From the NCBI GenBank assembly GCA_965198115.1, contig OZ240241.1:2464001-2528000 (forward strand): a stretch of 64,000 bases of DNA. Reading direction: 5' to 3'. Each line of letters starts with the position of its first letter. Positions within the stretch are counted from its first letter, which is position 1. Below, one piece after another: positions 30,946 to 42,070 of the stretch. The stretch is from Candidatus Latescibacterota bacterium. Its GTDB lineage: Bacteria > Latescibacterota > UBA2968. The notes beneath the pieces were generated by a model that was not told the origin of the DNA, ran no database searches, and saw nothing but the letters and a program-made list of their open reading frames with translations. Both the position numbers and the translations under genes were made by a program.

Positions 30946-33384
30946 TCAGGATTCTTTTGATCTATCGACTCTTATCGTCTTGATCTCGTAGGGTCGGAAT
31001 CGAACGCACGTCGCGTCGACCTCGCGAAGGACCTCACCCAGGGGTGAGACCTCCCACGCCGCCGTGGCATCGGGCACACCAAGGATCGCTTGACCCTCTT
31101 CCCCCAGCGCCTCATACGCTCTGATTTCGAGTCCACCTTCAACGGGGCGGATCGACGAAGACAGGATTCCGCGGCCTTCGACCGAGCAGGCCGAGGCGGT
31201 TGCGGCGAGCGGCTTTTGTGACTTGGCGTCGTAGACCGGCCTGAGCGACATCGCGTGCCGCAGCCCGGCCGCCAGACGATCCGCCTCCTGAATCTGATCC
31301 TCTCCCACATTCGTCGCCAGCCGAAAACGGGCCGTGATCTCCCCCGCAGGCGAACGCCAGACCCGGTGGTAGGTGTAGGACGAAGGATCGATCGTCGAGA
31401 GGTAGAGATCGGTCCGAACGTCGTGCGCACCGAACCGAAAACTTCGCCGATCGCTCGCCAGGACCCACGCCGGGTTTCGGGATGCGACCCAGCCGTGGAC
31501 GTCGCGGGTCCCCGGCGACTCCAGAACGGATGACCCGAAGGGGGTAGCGTATCGGATATCCAAAGGTTGGGCCGTCGGACACTCGAAAACGGCTTGGAGG
31601 AGCCCCGAGACCTCATCCCTCCAATCGACGGCAACCGTGATGTCCAGCCACGGCAAGCTGCCATACATCGTCAGCGTCAGCCTCGCAGGTGACTGTAGCA
31701 AGCGACCTTCCACCGCCAGCGAAGCACTGACCGACCCACTCTCGACCAGATCGATGCGATCGGGAGCCAGCTCGAATTTTCGCCCGGTCGGGTCGTGCTC
31801 GGCTCGCTCCGATGCCAGACTATCCTCCACAACCTCCAGACCCAGACGCTCGATCAGCATCGTACCCGTTGACCGATCGGCGATCGCGATCGCCCCAGAC
31901 ACGTCATCCACATCCACCCTGAAGTCTCGGACCTTGAACGTGCGGCTCAATCGAATCCCCCTCCGGGGTTCAGACACGCGTTCTTCCACATCTTCGATCG
32001 CGAAGGAAGGCTCGCCGAACTCGGGCGTCATCGCACCGGGGGCCTGTATGGGCATCAACGCGTCCGGACGCGACGGTTTCGGAATCAGATAGTAGGTCTT
32101 GTAGCCACACGCTGGTACGTCCCGGGCAACGAACCGAAATCCGATCTCCGCTGTTTCGACCTGCTTTCCCCGAGTCTCCTCAACATCGATGGGATCGCCA
32201 CCGTCGTCCACGACGCGATAGAGGTCGTAGCGCTCGAAATCGCCGACCCGCCCCTCTCCATAGAAGACAACGTGAGCGTTCACAGGCCCCGTGGCCGTCC
32301 ACGGGTTCGGGTTGAACACGACGAGCGCCAGCGTACCATCTGGCCCATCCCCGAACACCACCTGCTCGGCGATCCACGTTTCGGCCGAATCGGCCATTGC
32401 CTTGGCACGACCCAGGAGGGATGCGGACGCGGATTCCATCTCTCTCAATTTGGTCTCGTCTGACGTGCCACCATAGGTCCCGTCTGATAATTCCAGCAGC
32501 CGCCGCCACAGGGCGTCTGTCGATTCGGGTGACTTCCCCAGGCAGGCGGCCATCGTCAGCGTCGCCTCCGCACGCAGAAGCGCCCGCGAGATCGACGCCG
32601 TCCGGAGGATCGGAATTGGGTCGACCGCCTCGGCCGACACGCACGTGCGCTCCCAATCGGTCCTCACCCCACTCGCCGTCTCCTCGTACACCGTCTCCAG
32701 TGTCGTGCAGATGACCGTGTTGGGCACCCCCGCGCTCACGAGTCGATCGACGAGATCGGGCGGCGGGCACCACCCGTCCTCTCCTACCCCCAGGTCACCG
32801 GATCGTGAGAACAACTCGGCCACGGCGGCCACCGCCCGCTTGGCCTTCCCGGGCTCCTGGGACAACGCCTCCAACACTTGCTCTGCGCCGGGCGTGTTCC
32901 ACGCTGGCAGCACCGTGCCGTCGGGCGATTGCCAGTCGAAACGACTCGGAATGTCCTCTGCGACGGTCAGAGCGACACGACGGACACCCGAGAGCCGAAG
33001 AATCTGTGGCATCTGCGTGATTCCCGACCCTACGGGCCCCAGATAAGCGTCCTCGGAAATGCCGCCAAGATGATCCCTCAACCATCGCTGGCCAACGCAA
33101 AGACCCCTGACCAGGTCTTCGGGATCGACAGGGTTATGGTAATGGGAGGCCCACGATGCCCCCAAAGACAGGGTGCGGGCGTCACGCCGTGCCCGCAGCA
33201 GATCGCAGTGTTCGGGTCGGACGCGAAGGCAGTGAGCGAGAACGGAGAGGGATTCGACCGCGACGGGCACTATGCCGGCAGTATCGCGAACCAGTGCTCC
33301 GACGACATTGTGTCCCCGGGACAGGCAGGCGGGTTCGTCTCCAACCCCAAAGTGTCGGAGACGGGTGATGGGTATCAGACGCAC
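30946..33384 (-). CDS. Divergent GH38 alpha-mannosidase-like protein
   Basis: QMPQILRLSGV, FDWQSPDG, VVFNPNPW, VPACGYKTY, FRPYEIKTIRV; catalytic residues not evident. Confidence 0.65.
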   Translation of the reverse strand: MRLIPITRLRHFGVGDEPACLSRGHNVVGALVRDTAGIVPVAVESLSVLAHCLRVRPEHCDLLRARRDARTLSLGASWASHYHNPVDPEDLVRGLCVGQRWLRDHLGGISEDAYLGPVGSGITQMPQILRLSGVRRVALTVAEDIPSRFDWQSPDGTVLPAWNTPGAEQVLEALSQEPGKAKRAVAAVAELFSRSGDLGVGEDGWCPPPDLVDRLVSAGVPNTVICTTLETVYEETASGVRTDWERTCVSAEAVDPIPILRTASISRALLRAEATLTMAACLGKSPESTDALWRRLLELSDGTYGGTSDETKLREMESASASLLGRAKAMADSAETWIAEQVVFGDGPDGTLALVVFNPNPWTATGPVNAHVVFYGEGRVGDFERYDLYRVVDDGGDPIDVEETRGKQVETAEIGFRFVARDVPACGYKTYYLIPKPSRPDALMPIQAPGAMTPEFGEPSFAIEDVEERVSEPRRGIRLSRTFKVRDFRVDVDDVSGAIAIADRSTGTMLIERLGLEVVEDSLASERAEHDPTGRKFELAPDRIDLVESGSVSASLAVEGRLLQSPARLTLTMYGSLPWLDITVAVDWRDEVSGLLQAVFECPTAQPLDIRYATPFGSSVLESPGTRDVHGWVASRNPAWVLASDRRSFRFGAHDVRTDLYLSTIDPSSYTYHRVWRSPAGEITARFRLATNVGEDQIQEADRLAAGLRHAMSLRPVYDAKSQKPLAATASACSVEGRGILSSSIRPVEGGLEIRAYEALGEEGQAILGVPDATAAWEVSPLGEVLREVDATCVRFRPYEIKTIRVDRSKES

Positions 33385-33506
33385 GATCGCGAAGCCTTGA
33401 AAATCCCTAGAAGTGGTTGGAATTCAAGGTACTTATGATACGGAGGGGCACATCGCGTGTAAAGGAGATTCGCTGTGGACAATCGTAGAAGGGAACGATC
33501 TATCGG

Positions 33507-34838
33507 CTAGAACTCGCCGAAATCCTGAATGACGAGACCCGTAAATACCTTCGGATAGAAAAAGGTGGATTTGGGAGGCATGCGCTCGCCGGCCAACACC
33601 ACGTCACGCAACTGTTTCATCGATACGGGACTCAAGTAGAAGCCCGCACAACCGTCGGACCTCTTTACGAGACGCTGCACCTCAGGCTCTACCTTGATGA
33701 ACCGGACCTTCTCCCCCTTCGTCAGATCGTGGTTATCCAGATCGAGCGCTCGACCGAGGACCAGTTGCAGCAGACCCGAGTCGAGTTGTCGCCAGGCGTC
33801 GGACCGGCCATCTGGATCGAGAGCGGCCAGGTCCACCGCCTCCTTCAGGGTCAAATAAGTCACGTACCGACCCGTCCCGAAGAGCGCGGCGAGGACCGTT
33901 GCCCCGACGGCGACGCGGGTCTCGAGTTGAACCTGAACGTCATCCGTCGTCGTGAACTCGGCCTCTTCGATCTCGAACCATTCCCCCAGACGATCCCGAA
34001 GCGACGTCGCCCCTCCGTCGCCGAGATCGACGACGACGCGGTGTATCGGTTTGATCGCCATGCCTTCGTCGTCGTCCATGTTTACGAGCGTCTGCATGGA
34101 ATAGGCATAGGATCGATCATCTCTACTCCCCTGCAGCTCGAAACGATCGTCACGATAGGTCACGGCCGTCTCATACCGATGATGACCATCGGCGATGAAG
34201 AGCTCCTTGTCGACGAAAAAGGTCTGAATGTCCGCCAGTGTCGTGCGGTCGCAAACGCGCCAGAACCGATGCGTCACCCCTTCGTCATCGTCGAACTCGA
34301 ACAGGGGTTCGGCCGCCTTTTGTGGCTCCAGAAGGGCAGCCACGTGGCGACCCGGGTCGCTGAAGAGAGAGAAGATCTGTCCGAAAGCCGCCTCCGTGTG
34401 TTCCATCAGCGAAAGACGGTCGGCCTTCGGACCGGGCATCGTGTGTTCGTGGGGATAGATCTGCCCCTTCCCGAAGGGCTCAATCTCGACCAGGGCAACC
34501 AGACCCTGTCGTGTTTTCTTCGTCATGCCGCGGTGGAACTCGATGTCGAACGTCTGCTCGTAAACGTAGAACGAAGGCGCGTCGTCCTGAATCAGGTCGT
34601 CGGAAGACTTCCAGGCATCGTAGTCGGCCGCCGCACGCACGTAGCGATTGGTCGCGTCACCGTCTCCTGTTGCACCCTTTCCCTGGATGATCCGAACGAT
34701 GTTGTTCGGGTGACGATCGTAAAGTATCTGCTGGTAGGCATCGTCGATCACGTCGTAGGGCGGAGACACCACATCGCCCGCCCGAACACGATCGAGATTG
34801 AAGCGAACCCCTCTGAAGGGCCTGATTCGAGCCATCAC
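33507..34838 (-). CDS. DUF1015 family protein (ParB/Srx-like fold)
   Basis: IRPFRG, SPPYDVI, PHEHT, IADGHHRYETA, MPPKSTFFYPK. Confidence 0.9.
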   Translation of the reverse strand: MMARIRPFRGVRFNLDRVRAGDVVSPPYDVIDDAYQQILYDRHPNNIVRIIQGKGATGDGDATNRYVRAAADYDAWKSSDDLIQDDAPSFYVYEQTFDIEFHRGMTKKTRQGLVALVEIEPFGKGQIYPHEHTMPGPKADRLSLMEHTEAAFGQIFSLFSDPGRHVAALLEPQKAAEPLFEFDDDEGVTHRFWRVCDRTTLADIQTFFVDKELFIADGHHRYETAVTYRDDRFELQGSRDDRSYAYSMQTLVNMDDDEGMAIKPIHRVVVDLGDGGATSLRDRLGEWFEIEEAEFTTTDDVQVQLETRVAVGATVLAALFGTGRYVTYLTLKEAVDLAALDPDGRSDAWRQLDSGLLQLVLGRALDLDNHDLTKGEKVRFIKVEPEVQRLVKRSDGCAGFYLSPVSMKQLRDVVLAGERMPPKSTFFYPKVFTGLVIQDFGEF

Positions 34839-34861
34839 GTCTCCTCAACGAACACGAACAC

Positions 34862-37800
34862 TCATCCCGAATACGCGAGGTTCTGTCCGAGCCACTTTTC
34901 GGCTTCTTCGACCGACGTGCCCTTTCGCTCTGCGTAGGCCTCGACCTGATCGCGGCCGACCTTTCCGACCGAAAAGTAACGCGCATCGGGATGGGCAAAG
35001 TAGAAGCCACAGACTGACGCGGGCGGATCCATCGCGAAATTCTCGGTGAGTCGAACACCGATCGCCTCCTCGACCGAGAGCAACTCGAAGAGGCGCCGCT
35101 TTTCGGTATGGTCCGGGCAAGCCGGGTATCCCGGGGCCGGCCTGATCCCGCGGTATTTTTCATCTCCTCGTGCGTCAGATTCTCGTTCCGACCGTATCCC
35201 CAGTCTTTCCTGGCCTTCGCGTGAACCATCTCCGCGGTCGCCTCGGCGAATCGATCCGCCAGTGCCTGTACCAGGATCGCTGAGTAGTCGTCTCCCTCGC
35301 GCTGATACCGCGCGACGGGCGCCTCGATGCCCTTTGTCGTCACGCAAAAACCCCCCAGATAGTCCTTCGATCCACCATCGACCGGGGCAACGAAATCCGC
35401 GAGCGCATAGTAAGGGCCTCCGGAGCCCTTTTCCTGTTGCTGGCGTAGCGTGTGAAACCGTGTCCGTTCCGCGCCACGTCCTTCGTCGACATAGACAGCG
35501 ATGTCGTCACCCACACTACTGGCGGGAAAGAAACCGTAGACCGCATCGCACACCATCCAGCCTTCCTCCTTCACACGGTCCAGCATGTGCCGGGCATCGG
35601 CATACAGTTTCCTCGCCTCTTCGCCCTTGACGGGATCGTTCAACAGCGCAGGATAGCCACCACGCATTTCCCACGTGTGGAAGAAAGGGCCCCAATCGAT
35701 GAACGGCTTCACAGAATCCAGATCGATTCGCTGAAGAACCTGCGTCCCCAGGAATGTGGGGGGGCCGCTCTTCTCGAACGTCAACGAGGGTCCGTTCGTC
35801 ACGGCCTTTCGATACGGCAGGATCGGACGCCACGGCACCCCTTCCTCGAAGGCGGCCTGTTCCCTTTCCTGTTCCTCTCGGTTCGTGCGAACAAATTCGT
35901 CCCGTGTCTTCCCACCATCAACCTTCCGACGACGCCGGACGCGAGAGAGGCGTCCTTCACGTGGATCGTGGCGCGTGAATAGGCCGGCGCGATCTTAACG
36001 GCCGTATGTCTTCGGCTCGTCGTCGCACCCCCGATCAAGAGCGGAACCTCGAACCCTTCGCGCTCCATCTCCCCTGCCACGTGGACCATCTCGCGAAGCG
36101 ATGGTGTGATCAACCCGGACAGACCGACGATGTCGACAGACTCCTCACGAGCGGTCCTCAGAATCTGTTCGGCCGTGACCATCACCCCCAGGTCGACAAC
36201 GTCGTAGTTGTTACACCCCAGGACAACACCGACGATGTTCTTACCGATATCGTGCACGTCACCCTTCACAGTGGCCAGGAGCACCTTGCCACGCGATCGT
36301 CCACCACCCTCTCGCGATTCCTCTTCCATAAGCGGCTCGAGGATCGCGACCGCCTGCTTCATCACTCGCGCCGTCTTGACGACCTGAGGAAGAAACATCT
36401 TCCCCGCACCGAAGAGATCGCCCACGACGTTCATCCCGTCCATCAGCGGCCCTTCGATAATGTCCAGAGGCTTCGCATAGACCGTCAACGCCTCTGCGAC
36501 GTCCTTGTCGATGAACTCGCTTCGGCCGTGTCGCAGGGCATAGGCCAGTCGCTCCTCGAGTGTCCCGGAACGCCAGGCATCCTCCTCCTTCTTTGAATCC
36601 TTTTTACCCTGGACACGGCCCGCATAATCGACCAGCCGTTCGGTCGCATCCGGCCTGCGATTGAACAGCACATCCTGGATCAGTTTCAAAAGATCGGGCG
36701 GAATGTCCTCGTAAACCCCGAGCTGACCGGCATTCACGATGCCCATGTCCATGCCCGCGGCGATGGCGTGATACAGAAAAGCCGCGTGGATCGCTTCCCG
36801 CACCGTGTCGTTTCCCCGAAAAGAGAAGGAAATGTTACTCACACCCCCACTGATCTTCACGAGCGGCATGCGTGCTTTGATCTGCCTCGTCGCCTCGATG
36901 AAGTTGACCGCGTAGTCGTTGTGTTCCTCGATTCCCGTCGCGACGGTCAGGATGTTCGGATCGAAAATGATGTCGGTCGGATCCATCCCGACATCGTCGG
37001 TCAGGATGCCATACGCCCGTTCGCAGATTTCGACCTTCCTGTCGATCGACGTGGCCTGCCCCTCTTCGTCGAAAGCCATGACGACGACCGCAGCCCCGTA
37101 ACGTCGACAGATATCGGCGCCGCGCCGAAACGCCTCTTCACCCTCCTTCAAGCTGATGGAGTTCACGATCGCCTTCCCCTGAACGCACTTCAGCCCGGCG
37201 ACGATCACGTCGAAGTCGGAACTGTCGATCATGATCGGCACGCGCGAGATGTCGGGCTCGGACGCTATCAGGTTCAAAAAGCGTGTCATCACCGCGGGTG
37301 AGTCGAGCATGCCCTCATCCACGTTCACGTCGATGATGTTGGCCCCGCCTTCGACCTGGTCGCGCGCGATGTCCAGCGCCGTCCCGTAGTCCTCGTTCTT
37401 GATCAATCGGGCGAACCGACGCGACCCAGTCACGTTCGTTCGCTCACCGATCATCACGAAGTTCGTGTCGGGGCGAATCGTCAGGGGTTCCAGACCGCTG
37501 TAACGCGTCAGACGCTCCCGGGGAGGTGGACGCCTCACGGGTTTGCCCTCCATCGCCTGGCAGATCGCCTGGATGTGTTCGGGCGTCGTACCGCAACAGC
37601 CGCCAACCAGATTGAGCCATCGTTCGTCCGCGAAGGACGAAAGCACCTCCGCCATGTGCTGGGGGGTGTCGTCGTACTCCCCGAACTCATTCGGAAGCCC
37701 CGCATTCGGGTAGCAGCTGACGAAGATGTCGCTGCACGCGGCCAGTGCCTCCACATACGGACGCATCTCGGTCGCACCCAGTGCACAATTGATCCCGACG

Positions 37801-38522
37801 CACAACGGATCGACGTGAGCGACCGACTCCCAGAATGCCTCGACCGTTTGCCCCGACAACGTCCGCCCGCTCTGATCCGTGACCGTCACCGAGATCATCA
37901 GCGGAATACGTCTGCCCCCGTCACGGAAGTACTGCTCGATCCCGTAGAGCCCGGCCTTGAGGGTCAGCGTATCGAACACCGTTTCGACGAGCAGCAGATC
38001 CACGCCGCCGTCACCCAGCCCGCGAACCTGGTCGTAGTAGGCGGCCACGACCTCGTCGAACGTCCTCGATCGGTAGCCCGGGTCGTTGACGTCGGACGAC
38101 AGGGAGAGGGTGCTGTTCGTCGGACCCACGCCACCCGCCACGAACCGTGGGCGCTCCGTCGACGCGTCGAACCCATCGACCGCCCTTCTGGCGATCTGCG
38201 CGGCCGCAAGATTCAGGGCGTAGGCCCGATCGGCCAATCCATAGTCCGCCAGGGAAATGGCCGTCGAGCTGAAGCTGTTCGTCTCGATGACATCCGACCC
38301 GGCCTCCAGGAACCCCCGATGTATCTCTTCCACCGTTTCGGCGTTGGAGATAACCAGAGCCTCGTTGCACTCGGTCAGATCGCTGGGATGGTCGCAGAAC
38401 ACCTGACCACGGAAGTCCCGCTCTTCGAATTCGTAGGACTGGACCATCGTGCCCATCGCGCCGTCGAGGATCAGGATCCGGTCCTCGAGCAGTGCGCGAA
38501 GTTGTTGTTCGGTCTGAGTCAT
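34862..38522 (-). CDS. metH: B12-dependent methionine synthase (frameshifts near 35915 and 35160)
   Basis: [54 protein letters not shown] across three ORFs. Confidence 0.95.
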
Positions 38523-38559
38523 AAATTCTGAGGGAACGACGTCGGGTTCGTTCTGAATA

Positions 38560-38604
38560 GAAAAAAGAAACGCCTGGGCGCGCATCGTGATGGGTGCCCA
38601 GGCG
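38560..38604 (-). terminator. Intrinsic terminator forming the riboswitch expression platform
   Basis: CGCCTGGGC...GCCCAGGCG stem followed by TTTCTTTTTT, about 40 nt before the metH ATG. Confidence 0.8.
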
Positions 38605-38668
38605 GTCGGCTGCCTCTCGCTGCTACTTCCACGTAGTCGATTCCACTCATCCGCCAGTCGCAGCAGCG
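38595..38668 (-). ncRNA. ZMP/ZTP (pfl) riboswitch aptamer
   Basis: GCTGCTGCGACTGGCGGA..GTGG..CTACGTGGAAGTAGCAGC..GCCGACCGCCTGGGCA matches the pfl motif (GACUGGCG plus GCCGNCCGCCUGGGC pseudoknot). Confidence 0.85.
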
Positions 38669-38708
38669 TCGCCACACGAGGTGGCGATTTTTGTGATCGG
38701 GGGTTCTA

Positions 38709-40061
38709 TCAGCCGGCGGCTTCCTTCCGCTTTTGCGCTTCAACGCGTTTTGCGAAGGCCTTTTTCATGTTTTCGTCGACGCGCTTGCCCTTCGTCGCCT
38801 CACGGCGCTCGGAAACCTGCGCCTGGACCGAGGCGACCTTGTTCTTTTCTTCTTCGGGCTTTTGGTCGTCTCGGAGACGCTGGCCGATAGCCACGAGCAG
38901 CTTCCGGTAGGTGTTGTGATCCTCCGCGTTCGGATGAAGCGTGAACGGCGGCATGAACTTGAGCCCCAGACCGTTCCGACGCTTCTTCGGGTCCATCTCC
39001 TGAATCAGGTCCCTCGGGAAAATCTGGAACGCGATTCTTTCCTTTGGCGGATCTGCTTCTTGAATGTTTCCGAGCGTGAGCGGCAGGAAAATATCGATTT
39101 CCTTGCCCGCCTTCTGTGCGAATGTGCGCACGAGCAGCTCTTTGACTTCGTCGGAGATTTCGAAGTGAAGCAGGAAACCGATGAAGGAGTTCAACTCCAT
39201 CAGGTGGTCATTCGGTTTCTTATAATGAGAGGGCAACATCTTATCGTGCTCGATGCCGGCCAGGAGCGACCCTGGCGTGAACAGGTTGATCTGATCTACC
39301 CCGAAATCGATCAACTGAACGTTCTCGATCGTCTTCAGGTGGTCCTTGCTTTCCATATCTTCGAGGTGCTTGTAGATGTCATCCTGAATGCCCTCGAAAT
39401 AGTCGGCTACTTTCTTGGCCCACATGCCACCACCCGAAATACAATACAGCTTCGTCTTGAAAATGTAGGGGGCAAAATCTTCTGCGTTGAAGGATTCAGG
39501 CGCATTCGGGAAGCAAGTCAGCTTGTCGACGCGCAGCTGAACGACCTCTTCGCCCTGACGGATTCCGTTCTCGCCTAATTTCTTTTCTGTCAACTCACGC
39601 GAGCCCACCCAATGCTTCCCCGTCTTGTGATCGGGAACGAACAGGGCCTCTTGCAGGAACGTGCAGGCCGCGGTGAAGTAGAGCTCGTTGCCACCGGCGG
39701 CCGCCAGGGGCAGACTGTAGGAAACCTCGACCTTCTCGCCGGCTTCGAGCGGGTTGTCGGCAGGTATGAAATTTCCGCCCGGGAGGGCTTTGGGACGCGC
39801 CACGACGAGAACGGGCCTGGGTCCGCTCTTGAAGTTCATCACCTGAAGCGTGTTGATGGAGCCCGTGCCGCGGCCGGCGAGCAGGGATGCGGCTTTGAGC
39901 TTGATTCTCGCCACGCTGCTCTGAACCGGCGCGTCTCTGATTCCCTTGAGGAGCGTGCCGAGCTGTTCGGGCTTGGAGAAAACCTGAACTCGTTCCCAGT
40001 TGATCCCAGCCTTCTTGGCTTTTTTCGCTGGTGCTTTCTTTTTCCCACCAAAGAGTGCCAT
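38709..40061 (-). CDS. Hypothetical protein (about 450 aa) with Lys-rich termini
   Basis: Long ORF with coding-like codon usage, GAGG RBS before ATG 40061; no family recognised. Confidence 0.7.
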   Translation of the reverse strand: MALFGGKKKAPAKKAKKAGINWERVQVFSKPEQLGTLLKGIRDAPVQSSVARIKLKAASLLAGRGTGSINTLQVMNFKSGPRPVLVVARPKALPGGNFIPADNPLEAGEKVEVSYSLPLAAAGGNELYFTAACTFLQEALFVPDHKTGKHWVGSRELTEKKLGENGIRQGEEVVQLRVDKLTCFPNAPESFNAEDFAPYIFKTKLYCISGGGMWAKKVADYFEGIQDDIYKHLEDMESKDHLKTIENVQLIDFGVDQINLFTPGSLLAGIEHDKMLPSHYKKPNDHLMELNSFIGFLLHFEISDEVKELLVRTFAQKAGKEIDIFLPLTLGNIQEADPPKERIAFQIFPRDLIQEMDPKKRRNGLGLKFMPPFTLHPNAEDHNTYRKLLVAIGQRLRDDQKPEEEKNKVASVQAQVSERREATKGKRVDENMKKAFAKRVEAQKRKEAAG

Positions 40062-40278
40062 AATGCCTCTTGGGAAAGCGCGGGATGGTCGACGGAGGCC
40101 TACTTCCTGTAACATGTGAACTTAAAAACCACTCGGTGGAGTGTCAAGTCAAATGGCCTGTCGCCTTGGCCAGAACCCGGCGACAAACCCCTTTGCATCA
40201 GGCGAAAAAGCCCGATAACAGCCTTCCAATGCCCCAGCCACGATTCCACGGCCAATTCGGGCGGGAAACGGACGCACT

Positions 40279-41010
40279 TTAAAACAGCAGCGCGACGAAC
40301 CCGCCCAGCAGCATCAATCCCATCCCCAGGGTCCTGACAGCGGCTTCGCTGATCCGGTCTCGAAGAACAACCGAAAGGAAGAATCCACCCACGATGCCAG
40401 GGACGGCCTGGGCGGCCAACCGAAACGTGAACGGTGTGATCAGACCGACGTTGAACTGCACGCAGGCCAGAGTACAGGACATCACGAGGAAAAACCCGAA
40501 AAGCGTGGCACGGAAGGATGTGAGGGCCCACCGCTGCTTCAAACCCATCAGGACGATCGGCGGGCCGGCAGCCGCCGTGGCGCCACCCGTCACTCCACCG
40601 GCCAGTCCGGCAACCCAGCGGGCGAGCGTGTCGCGCCTGAACGGAGCTCCTGGCTTGAATCGAAGCGCGATCGTCAGCGCGATCATCGCAAAACCGATGG
40701 CCCGCTTGAGCGTGACCGGGTCGACCACCTTCAGCGCCATCGTACCGGGAACGACACCGATCGCGGCACCTGCGACCCACAGGCCAAGGAGCCGCCAGTC
40801 CAAATCGCGCCTCTGCTGGTAGGTCTGTGCCACTCCGAGGGGAATGTAGACAACCGTCAGAGCGGGTACGACGATCTGGGGTGGATAGACTTGAATCAGA
40901 CCGATCAGACCCAGAAGCATGAAACCGAAACCGGCGATCCCCTGAATCGCCGTCGCAGCCCCCATCACACCCGAAGCCTGGAGGACACCCACCCACTCGA
41001 TTTCGTCCAC
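40279..41010 (-). CDS. Sulfite exporter TauE/SafE family
   Basis: IQGIAGFGF, GLAGGVTGG..AGPP, FRATL. Confidence 0.85.
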   Translation of the reverse strand: MDEIEWVGVLQASGVMGAATAIQGIAGFGFMLLGLIGLIQVYPPQIVVPALTVVYIPLGVAQTYQQRRDLDWRLLGLWVAGAAIGVVPGTMALKVVDPVTLKRAIGFAMIALTIALRFKPGAPFRRDTLARWVAGLAGGVTGGATAAAGPPIVLMGLKQRWALTSFRATLFGFFLVMSCTLACVQFNVGLITPFTFRLAAQAVPGIVGGFFLSVVLRDRISEAAVRTLGMGLMLLGGFVALLF

Positions 41011-41017
41011 GATGCTC

Positions 41018-42070
41018 CTACGATTGCCTGGAAAAAGCGGTCTTCAAGGGGGCGTTTCGTTCCGCCCGGTCATACCACCCCTGCGCGGAAAAGTCCGTCG
41101 TGTGGAGATAGCAACGGATGTTCACCGAACATGAATCTTCGGTGAAGGTCAGAAGACGTGTCATCGAAATGTTCTTCTTTCCGTGATACTTCGAGATGGC
41201 CGCACAGTTGACGAACGTCGTGCCCCACCGACGTTCGACGTGGGACATGCCACCCGTGGTGTCGTCGGGGTGCGTATGCGTGTGGCCCCCCAACCAGAGG
41301 TCCACAGCACCGTAGTGTTCGGCCAGAAACGACTCGAAGCGCCCCGAGTCTGGCTCGCCCCCCACCCAGTAGAGGTAGGACGCTCCCACCGGAGCACCGT
41401 CGTCGAAACGTCCGTGGTAGCCTTCATCGACACCCAGCCAGTCGAGCGACGCAACCGTCGTGCCTTTGAGCATATGATGATGAATACTCACGATGATCTG
41501 ATCCTGGTTGGCGAGCACTTCGTCACACCACCAATCGAACGTCTCCATCGTCACCGCACCAGCCGGAAACCCGCCACGACTTCCTCGTCCGACCGGCGGG
41601 CCCCCATCGTTGCGATCCCCCATCAACAAAAAGACGATGTTGCCCACCTCGAATTTGTAGCGCTCCCACGTTCCTTCTATGGGAAACGGCCGTTTCGCCG
41701 CATCCACGCCCGAGCGGGCCGTGTGTTCACCCGTAGGATCGATCCACTTTCGAAACCACCACTGACACGGCTCGTCCGGGCCGCTTGCGTCATGATTGCC
41801 GACAATATTGTAAGTGTCCTCTCTCCTGTGCGCCGTCGAAACGCCATACTGCCGGACGACTTCCTCCCCCTCCGCGTCGTCGGGTGGCGTCTGCGACCCC
41901 GACGTATCCCCGATGTCGATCATGATGTCCCACTCGAACGGCGGCCCACCGTCATCGCCCCCCTGCTCCGCCTGGAGAATGACCTCGCTCAGGCTGTGAC
42001 GGCCCCCGCGGGCGATGTCCGTCCCAACGTGCGCGTCTCCGCCAGCCCACACTGTGAACGTGTCAGCCAC
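41018..42070 (-). CDS. Calcineurin-like metallophosphoesterase
   Basis: GDAH, DIGD, GNHD, HHH, GGHTH. Confidence 0.8.
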   Translation of the reverse strand: MADTFTVWAGGDAHVGTDIARGGRHSLSEVILQAEQGGDDGGPPFEWDIMIDIGDTSGSQTPPDDAEGEEVVRQYGVSTAHRREDTYNIVGNHDASGPDEPCQWWFRKWIDPTGEHTARSGVDAAKRPFPIEGTWERYKFEVGNIVFLLMGDRNDGGPPVGRGSRGGFPAGAVTMETFDWWCDEVLANQDQIIVSIHHHMLKGTTVASLDWLGVDEGYHGRFDDGAPVGASYLYWVGGEPDSGRFESFLAEHYGAVDLWLGGHTHTHPDDTTGGMSHVERRWGTTFVNCAAISKYHGKKNISMTRLLTFTEDSCSVNIRCYLHTTDFSAQGWYDRAERNAPLKTAFSRQS

